Below the pieces are notes generated by a model. The model was not told the DNA's origin. It searched no databases and was given only the letters and a program-made list of their open reading frames with translations. Below are positions 57,046 through 64,000 of a DNA stretch of 64,000 nucleotides, in pieces. The DNA comes from a virus, in IMG/VR virus record IMGVR_UViG_3300027907_000002, positions 6,752 through 70,751 of that record. One strand, given 5' to 3'. How positions within the stretch are numbered: position 1 is the stretch's first letter; each line of letters opens with the position of its first letter. The translations under genes were made by a program, and so were the position numbers.

Positions 57046-60000
57046 ATGGCTGAAGAAATCTTTGAGCAAGATCTTATTCCGGTTCCGGACGACGAGATCG
57101 ACGAGACGACTCTCGTACCAGTTGGAGTGCGTCCGAAGAAACCTACCAAGCTTCCTGTAGACAAAAGACAAGTCTTTACTCCAAAGCTTCCCGAGCAGCC
57201 TTTTGGGAAGTCTACCTTTAAGTTTGAGACTACTCCGTTTAGAGAGACCCCTGAGTCTTATCAGTTGAGATCTGCGGAGAAACCTTCCGGACAGGAGAGG
57301 CTTCGTAGAGAAGAGATGCTTGCGGCTAAGAGAGGCCAGCAACTGAAGTCGGTTAGACAAGCTACTCCTCTAGAAGCTAAAGAACTAACAAGCGCGCAAA
57401 GTGAGCAGGATATTTATGATAAGTTTGGACCTGCTGCTTATGCTACCAGGAAGGGACTAGTTAATTTAGTTAGTGGCTTAGGGGAGCCTTTTACTCAGTC
57501 TGCCGGAGAATTTGCATCTATACCGGGCGATGTTGGTTCTCTATTGGAATCTGGGATAGGGGAGCTGGGTCGTAGGCAGGATTCCCGAGACAGAGCTAGA
57601 CGACTTGAGATTGATAGATATGTCATTAAGAGACCCGAGTCTCTTTTTGAGAAGGCTCTTCCCTCGGCTATAGAAGTTGGCGGGCAGATGCTTATCAATC
57701 CTAGACTACCAAAACAGGTAGGTTCAGGATTTCGTCCACCTCCGGATCTAAAAGCGCCTCCAGTTCCAAAACAACTTCCTCCTGGTCCTACGACTCCAGG
57801 ATCTCGATATGCTTCGAGAGGTTCGCAGCCTACGTATGCCCCAAGCGCTACTGGGATGGAGTTTGCTCTTATACCATCTCTTCGTCCAGGTAAAGCTCCC
57901 GTTATGATGGTGCCTACTTGGGTTATGGAAGTGGCTATTCAGGGAGATCCATCTGATACTACAGGCTTGAATCTTACTATGAATGAGATTCCTAGCTTGA
58001 TAGACGACATAGCGAGATCTCAAGCTACTCCACAACAGAAAGATGAAGCTATTTCTCAATTAGATACGATATTCAAAGCTTCTAGATCTGAGGGTCTCAA
58101 CACTATTTCTCTGCTCAACCACGGGTTTGATAGACAAACTCTAGCTGGAACTATAGCTCACGAGACTTTTCACTCGGGCCAGAGTAAAGCGGCAGAGTTG
58201 TCAGTGCCTAAAGAAATCGACAGGCAGGTTGGGGCAGCAGATCTTCATGATCCTCTATGGGCTCAGGACCTACCTGTTATTAAATCTCTTTTGAAGAATA
58301 ATCCCGGCTTGGCTGAAGATATGGGCGCTTCTGGAGAGATGACTGCGGCGGATATTCTGGCAGTAGAACTCCCTGCATATGTGATGGGAGGAGAGACTTT
58401 TAGATTCTTCGCTACACCCGCTGATGGAATAGATCATCTATTCAATTACTTTATGCACGTTGCGGATCGCAATGGCGTAGAGGCTCTAGATATAATCGAG
58501 AGAACTGCAACTATCCGAGAGGGCCTGGAGGATGCTATCCCTCTCGCAAGGAGTATGTATGAGAATTGGCAGCGAGAACGAGCTCAACGAGACCTCACAA
58601 AGACTATCTCCGAATCCCCAGGGCTACGCGAACTTGGGAGTACTAGCACAGGCTTACAAGGAGCTCAGACAGGAGGGGCTGAGTCACGATCAGGCCAGGG
58701 AACAACTCTTGCCGCTCGCTCGGGATCTCCAACAACTAGCGAACAATCCACAGTCCCAACCTTCTACTCCCAACTTGAGCGAGTAGTAAGCGAGAAGTTC
58801 CCGAATAGAATGTCCGCTGAGCAAGCTATGTCTACTCTTATGGACCCATCGAGAGGTATTAAGAGAGACGAATATGATCTTAGCGGGCTGGATGAGTTAA
58901 TAGCTAGTAAAGCTGTAAAGGGAGAACAAGTAACTAAGGATGAGTTACTTGATGTTATTCGGACTAACAGCGTTAAGGTAGATGAAGTAGTTTATGGTCA
59001 GCAAAACTATAAGAAGGCTGCGGAGTTAGATAGACAGCTTCAGCGAGTTGAGTCTGATATAGATAGCTATAACAGAGAGTATGAGAGAATAAACGAACTC
59101 TGGAATGAAGTCTATAGAGGAGGCAGTCCAGAAGAACTCGACTTCGTAAATAAGGAGATAGACCGAGTAGGCCAACAGATAGATGACGCTATAAACATGA
59201 GGGGTCATCTAAGAACAGAGATACGAAAGGTACAAACTGCGGCTCCTCATTCTAACTGGAAAGCTTTGAAGGGAGGTATTCCAGGGACTGATAGAGAGGT
59301 CGTTATGACCTTACCTGCTGCGCCTCTCAAGAAAGGGGCAGATGATATTGATAGATTTGTAAGAGCGGTCGATCCAGCAAAAAAGATTTATAAGTCAGGT
59401 CACTATCCAGACGTAGAGAATCCTGTAGTTCACTTTCGTCTAGACGAAGGACTGGATGCAGATGGACAAAAGGTTCTTCGAGTTCAAGAGATTCAAAGTG
59501 ATTGGCATCAGAAAGGAAGGGAAGCTAGATATGATACAGAGGAAACAAGATCTCGTATTCAGCAAATAAAAGATAGAATTAGTCAGATAGAAAGGCAAAT
59601 CCAAAGATCTACTTATGATGAGATTGCTGAACTAAATAAGGAAAGGAGGTCTCTTCGATCGCAATTGGAAGACATTGAAGAATCATCTTTAGTTCCTGAT
59701 GCTCCATTCAAACAGTCCTGGCCAGATCTAGCCTTCAAGAGAATCCTTCGATGGGCTGCAGATAATGGCTTTAAGAGAATAGTGTGGCCAAAGGGGTCTC
59801 AGCAGATTGATCTCTACAATGACACTCTTAGACAGAATGTTAAGAAGATAGGTTGGGCAGCAGATAGGGATGGAATACATCTTTATCCAAGTAAAGAAGA
59901 TGATCCTTTTGGTGATGTAGGTTCTTATCACGAAAGTTTGCAGAAGCTCAAGCCTAAAAGAGTTGAGGAGTTACTGGGTAAAAATATCGCGGAGCAAATC

Positions 60001-63000
60001 TTCTCTAAAATAGACGAGGATGGTTTTGGAGAAGGAGTTATAGAAGGAGAAGGACTCTCTATAGGGGGACAACTTCACAAGTTTCTCTACGACCAAAAGC
60101 TCCCACAGATTGCTAAGGACTACGCGAAAAAGTTCGGTAGCCAATATGGCCTAACCAAAACTAGCGGCTCTATGCCGGGTATCCAACTTACCTTTAGACA
60201 ACAGACACCTAATTTGTATGTTGCTACTTTGTTTGATGGAACTGAGGTTGAGGTTTTTAGAGATCCAGAATATGGATGGGCTGCGGGTGATAGATCAAGT
60301 GATCCTCCTTCACTTTATGAAACACAGAAAGAAGGTTTTGCAACTGCAGATACTTTCGAAGAAGTTATAAGCAAGTTACAGAGAGATGAACTTGTTTTGA
60401 GAGATGCAATAAATCCCTCTCAAGAAGCTCACTACCTAGACATCTCTCCAAAACTATCGGAGACTGCAAGAACTCAAGGCTTTAGACTTTTCGCTAAGAC
60501 CAATATAGGAGATCTAGTAAAGGTAAAGGGTTATAGCGCTCAGGCCGAAGTAGTAGAAGCAGGCGACGAACCTGGAACAATGAAGGTTCGCTTTGAGAAT
60601 GGAACTATTGATGAGTTTGACGTGGAGGATCTCAAGTCTAAGGGACCAAAAGTAAAAGATCCAATGATCAAGACCCTCCAGCAGAATCCTCCTACACCTC
60701 CACCGGATGCTGGAGCAGAAGTCTATGGTCCAAGACCTCCTCTTAGAACCGAAGTTATCTCGACTAGTTATCAAGAAGCTATAGCTAGAAAGTTCGTTGA
60801 GTTGATGCAGCAAGAGAAGCTAGATGTGGACTTGACTGATCCTCCATCGAAACAGATCTACGAGGCGTTGGTAGCTGGAGACCTGAGAGAAGCTGACGTT
60901 GACGCTATCCTAAAAGAAGAGGGAGTAAGCTGGGAAGAATTCATAAACGATCAGTTGATGAGCTACTCGAAGGCGGGGAGAGATCTATCAATATTGTCTA
61001 GGCTAGAGCGTAACTTGGAGAGAATGCTCAAGAACGAACCTGAGAAGTTCTCCAAGTATGTAGCTCCCAAGAAACAGATGGATGTTATTCTGAAGTACCT
61101 CAACCGATCCGTGTTAGGTAGAAGTCTTTGGAGTAGGTACGGTGGGTTAGTACAGAAGATGGTACTTACTAAGCTTACTACAGCTTTAGTTAATACTAGA
61201 ACTACTATGGCTAGAGCTGCGGCTGACGTTGCAGCAGAGGGCCTCGGCGCGTGGATGCAGTCTATGGCCGAAGGGAAAGGACGATTTCGAGAGAGAGTAA
61301 CTGAAGCTAACGAGAATGCGGTTGATGCTATGGCGGCTACTTGGGAAGTAGTTCGAGCTCTTAATCCAGGACAACTAGAAGCTCTCATAAACAAAAACAA
61401 GGGCACAGCTTATCAACGTCAGCAGGAGATCATAAATCAGGTCGAGAAGTTCTTTCCGGACATTCACGCTAAGTTGTTTGCTAGGCCGGTATCGGGTGAG
61501 ACTAAGGAGAAGGTAGACGCGGAGAAGTATATCCTTCTAGCTAAGAGTCTTCTCCCAAGAATCAAGAATGCATCAACTAGAAGGGATTTCAATAACCAGA
61601 TCCAAGTATTTTCGAAGAGACTGCAGTTCGAGAAGAAACTTTTAGGTAAGGTTACCTTACGTGGGCCCGAGATCGCCTACGATACAATGCTTATTCCCTT
61701 GCAGTTCGCGGAGTTTCTGTTTAGGAGACCTAAGTTTATTGGGCGGCTTAGGCTAGAACTAATGGATAGAGGGATTGATCTTGATGAAGTGTTAAGACAG
61801 ACAGGTCTTACCAAGGATGAGCTAGAGTTGATAGATCCCAAGGATAGAATGGCTTTCAAGGATATTCCTGAAGAAGCTATTAGGTCTTCCCTTAATAATA
61901 CTCTGGACCTAACCTATGCCTATGATCCTTCGACCGACAAAGAAGCTCCAGTAATGGAGAGAGCTGCAGCTTACTTTATTCGAATGATGAACGCTGCGGG
62001 GCCTGGAGCTATCTTAGGAGAGTTGTTCCCGAGAGCTCTTTATAATGGGATGAAGACTCTCTATGAGTACTCCCCGGCTCCCTTTATGACCGCAGCTCCT
62101 GCTATAGCTTTTGGCTACGAATCGAAATCGCCCATAGCTAAAATTTTGAGACCTCGCTACGATGAGGACCCTAAGACTAAGACTCCCTACCGAGTGAATC
62201 CTCCTACGAGGTATGACTGGGAGCGCTTAGCTAAGGCTATGGTAGGGTCTCTTATGTTGTTCGTGGCGTGGGATATGATTCGCCAGGGTGAGATGGGTGA
62301 TGAGTGGTGGCAGCTTGGAGATAAGAGTAAGAAAACTAAAGATGGTAGGCCTGTTTATGTGGATGTACGAAAGGACAAATCCTTCTCGGAGTACTTCCAT
62401 ATGGCTAGCTTAGCTGAGCGTTATAGAAGGGGTACTATAGGAGACAAGCAACTTGGGAATGAACTATTGGAGATCTATACGGGTATTCGGCGTACTGATG
62501 CCAGTCCTGATTTTATAGATACGATCAATGCTGCGGGAGAACTCTTTGGAGCCACCGGCGCAACTGAGGGTCGTAAGCTAGCGATGATAGAAGCTGGAGG
62601 AAGAACTCTGGCTATACCTTTCACTCCCCTTCTTAACGTGAGAGATGTCTGGGCGGGATTCTCAGAAGAGGAGAACCGGCTCAAGGACACTAGGGGAACT
62701 TGGTATGGTCCCATCCAAGACAAATTCCCCTTTTGGAGAAGGAGTCTCCCCGATATGACTTCTCCGATCGAACCTTCTCCAATGCAGATCTCTCAAGACC
62801 CAGATCTGTTAATGTCTTCAGGTGTGCAACTTACAGCGGGTCCTAATTTTGCGGGCCAAGAGTGGCAGCGTCTGGGACTAAACTACAAAACTTTCCTCGA
62901 AAGAGATCCTGACCCTACTATAAATAGGGCTCAGAATATATACTTTGAGCGCGAGATTAGCAGACTCGGAAAGTTTCTAGAGACTCTCCCCTTCTATACT

Positions 63001-63219
63001 GAGGGGGATGATGATGCTAAGAAGGCAATCTGGGAAGCTTACATAGAAGGTGACGAGGGTCTTGCTTCTCAGGCTTCTCAGTTCGCGTCGTTGGCTAATC
63101 CTGGTGAGGCAATGAAACGCCAAGCTCAAGGTAAGATGCCGGGACGCCATCAAAGAAAGTATCTGGGTCTGGATAAGGTTCTGAAGCAGATCAAAGACTT
63201 CGGGGAGGAACGGCAGTGA
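57046..63219 (+). CDS. large injected polyvalent-type virion protein
   Basis: 2057 aa; AHETFH zincin motif, LRVQEIQSDWHQ motif, KOW/SH3-like segment, helical C-half. Confidence 0.75.
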   Translation: MAEEIFEQDLIPVPDDEIDETTLVPVGVRPKKPTKLPVDKRQVFTPKLPEQPFGKSTFKFETTPFRETPESYQLRSAEKPSGQERLRREEMLAAKRGQQLKSVRQATPLEAKELTSAQSEQDIYDKFGPAAYATRKGLVNLVSGLGEPFTQSAGEFASIPGDVGSLLESGIGELGRRQDSRDRARRLEIDRYVIKRPESLFEKALPSAIEVGGQMLINPRLPKQVGSGFRPPPDLKAPPVPKQLPPGPTTPGSRYASRGSQPTYAPSATGMEFALIPSLRPGKAPVMMVPTWVMEVAIQGDPSDTTGLNLTMNEIPSLIDDIARSQATPQQKDEAISQLDTIFKASRSEGLNTISLLNHGFDRQTLAGTIAHETFHSGQSKAAELSVPKEIDRQVGAADLHDPLWAQDLPVIKSLLKNNPGLAEDMGASGEMTAADILAVELPAYVMGGETFRFFATPADGIDHLFNYFMHVADRNGVEALDIIERTATIREGLEDAIPLARSMYENWQRERAQRDLTKTISESPGLRELGSTSTGLQGAQTGGAESRSGQGTTLAARSGSPTTSEQSTVPTFYSQLERVVSEKFPNRMSAEQAMSTLMDPSRGIKRDEYDLSGLDELIASKAVKGEQVTKDELLDVIRTNSVKVDEVVYGQQNYKKAAELDRQLQRVESDIDSYNREYERINELWNEVYRGGSPEELDFVNKEIDRVGQQIDDAINMRGHLRTEIRKVQTAAPHSNWKALKGGIPGTDREVVMTLPAAPLKKGADDIDRFVRAVDPAKKIYKSGHYPDVENPVVHFRLDEGLDADGQKVLRVQEIQSDWHQKGREARYDTEETRSRIQQIKDRISQIERQIQRSTYDEIAELNKERRSLRSQLEDIEESSLVPDAPFKQSWPDLAFKRILRWAADNGFKRIVWPKGSQQIDLYNDTLRQNVKKIGWAADRDGIHLYPSKEDDPFGDVGSYHESLQKLKPKRVEELLGKNIAEQIFSKIDEDGFGEGVIEGEGLSIGGQLHKFLYDQKLPQIAKDYAKKFGSQYGLTKTSGSMPGIQLTFRQQTPNLYVATLFDGTEVEVFRDPEYGWAAGDRSSDPPSLYETQKEGFATADTFEEVISKLQRDELVLRDAINPSQEAHYLDISPKLSETARTQGFRLFAKTNIGDLVKVKGYSAQAEVVEAGDEPGTMKVRFENGTIDEFDVEDLKSKGPKVKDPMIKTLQQNPPTPPPDAGAEVYGPRPPLRTEVISTSYQEAIARKFVELMQQEKLDVDLTDPPSKQIYEALVAGDLREADVDAILKEEGVSWEEFINDQLMSYSKAGRDLSILSRLERNLERMLKNEPEKFSKYVAPKKQMDVILKYLNRSVLGRSLWSRYGGLVQKMVLTKLTTALVNTRTTMARAAADVAAEGLGAWMQSMAEGKGRFRERVTEANENAVDAMAATWEVVRALNPGQLEALINKNKGTAYQRQQEIINQVEKFFPDIHAKLFARPVSGETKEKVDAEKYILLAKSLLPRIKNASTRRDFNNQIQVFSKRLQFEKKLLGKVTLRGPEIAYDTMLIPLQFAEFLFRRPKFIGRLRLELMDRGIDLDEVLRQTGLTKDELELIDPKDRMAFKDIPEEAIRSSLNNTLDLTYAYDPSTDKEAPVMERAAAYFIRMMNAAGPGAILGELFPRALYNGMKTLYEYSPAPFMTAAPAIAFGYESKSPIAKILRPRYDEDPKTKTPYRVNPPTRYDWERLAKAMVGSLMLFVAWDMIRQGEMGDEWWQLGDKSKKTKDGRPVYVDVRKDKSFSEYFHMASLAERYRRGTIGDKQLGNELLEIYTGIRRTDASPDFIDTINAAGELFGATGATEGRKLAMIEAGGRTLAIPFTPLLNVRDVWAGFSEEENRLKDTRGTWYGPIQDKFPFWRRSLPDMTSPIEPSPMQISQDPDLLMSSGVQLTAGPNFAGQEWQRLGLNYKTFLERDPDPTINRAQNIYFEREISRLGKFLETLPFYTEGDDDAKKAIWEAYIEGDEGLASQASQFASLANPGEAMKRQAQGKMPGRHQRKYLGLDKVLKQIKDFGEERQ

Positions 63220-63695
63220 AACTCTCAGACGAGGGATACGAATTTATAAAGACACACGAGGGAGTAGTAGAGAAGATCTATAGAGATCCGGTAGGACTAC
63301 TTACTGGAGGAATCGGCCATTTAATAGGGCCACTAGAGAAGGGACCCCAGAATATCCATTGGGCAGAAGGTCATAAGGTTTGTGATCATCAGGTAAAAGA
63401 ATGGTTCCAAGAAGATGTTATGGAAGCTGAAGACGCTGTTACTCGGTTGGTAGTAACGCAGCTTTCCCAGAAAGGATTCGATGCGCTGGTGTCATTTACT
63501 TATAACGTGGGGATCAATGCTTTTAGGAACTCTACGTTACTTCGGAAGCTTAACCTGGGGAAGGTGGAGGAGGCGGCTGAGGAATTCTCTCGGTGGAACA
63601 AGGCGCGAGGGAAGGTTCTTCCAGGACTAGTTAAGAGGAGAGCTCAGGAGAAGGAGATGTTTCTACAGGGGGAGATTCAAGAATTTCTTGCTTGA
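63216..63695 (+). CDS. GH24 lysozyme (endolysin)
   Basis: HEG...YRDPVGLLTGGIGH, FDALVSFTYNVG, LPGLVKRR. Confidence 0.93.
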   Translation: MKLSDEGYEFIKTHEGVVEKIYRDPVGLLTGGIGHLIGPLEKGPQNIHWAEGHKVCDHQVKEWFQEDVMEAEDAVTRLVVTQLSQKGFDALVSFTYNVGINAFRNSTLLRKLNLGKVEEAAEEFSRWNKARGKVLPGLVKRRAQEKEMFLQGEIQEFLA

Positions 63696-63894
63696 CTTCT
63701 TCCTTATCGGTACCTACGTAGTATCCCCACACTCGTAGCCGGTGATGAAAGACGCACCGTTTTAGTTTATTCGCATGGTCTATCACGCATCTGTGACACG
63801 CCAGATCTAAAATTCGAACCTCTACGGCATTCCCTGGTTTGGGAACGTCTGGAGGTTCTTCAATAATCGTCAACACTGACCAAGTAGTTGGCAT
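63631..63894 (-). CDS. hypothetical protein, convergent with the late arm
   Basis: TAAAGGA RBS. Confidence 0.4.
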   Translation of the reverse strand: MPTTWSVLTIIEEPPDVPKPGNAVEVRILDLACHRCVIDHANKLKRCVFHHRLRVWGYYVGTDKEEVKQEILESPPVETSPSPELSS

Positions 63895-64000
63895 AGGAGA
63901 TCCTTTATGGGTTGGTTGAAAAAAGTTCTAGGGTTTATTTTCAGAACCGCAGTTCGTCCAGGTTTGGATATTTTTCTGGAGCGGTATCTGGAATTGGCAA

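Noticed and set aside
1-64000. Genome-wide stop-codon reassignment, integrase or DGR
   Set aside because: Long genes read intact in the standard code, all three stops end genes, no suppressor tRNA, no recombinase or reverse transcriptase motifs seen

Overview
The window is part of a tailed-phage genome with podovirus-like gene order. An early/middle arm (1-29.4 kb, minus strand) carries many small ORFs, a Sak4/AAA_24-like ATPase, a Cas4-like PD-(D/E)xK nuclease and a MazG-like pyrophosphatase. A ~1 kb divergent non-coding region follows, then a late arm (30.4-63.7 kb, plus strand): TerL, portal, scaffold, major capsid, adaptors, tail fibre, nozzle, GNAT, ejection proteins, a 2057-aa injected protein and a GH24 lysozyme. 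Two features stand out. (1) A phage-encoded ubiquitin-like conjugation operon (candidate Ubl ending KAG|F, unknown ORF, E2 with a Zn-ribbon array, E1/ThiF lacking the usual catalytic Cys, JAB). (2) About 17 different small structured RNA units at 20.3-22.4 kb and 25.4-25.7 kb, packed head-to-tail around two real tRNAs. Each is closed by an acceptor-stem-like helix; many have a UUAU leader and an NCCA-like tail. They include anticodon-less mini-tRNAs and a 181-nt tmRNA-like RNA. All calls come from reading motifs by eye; no searches or folding programs were run.
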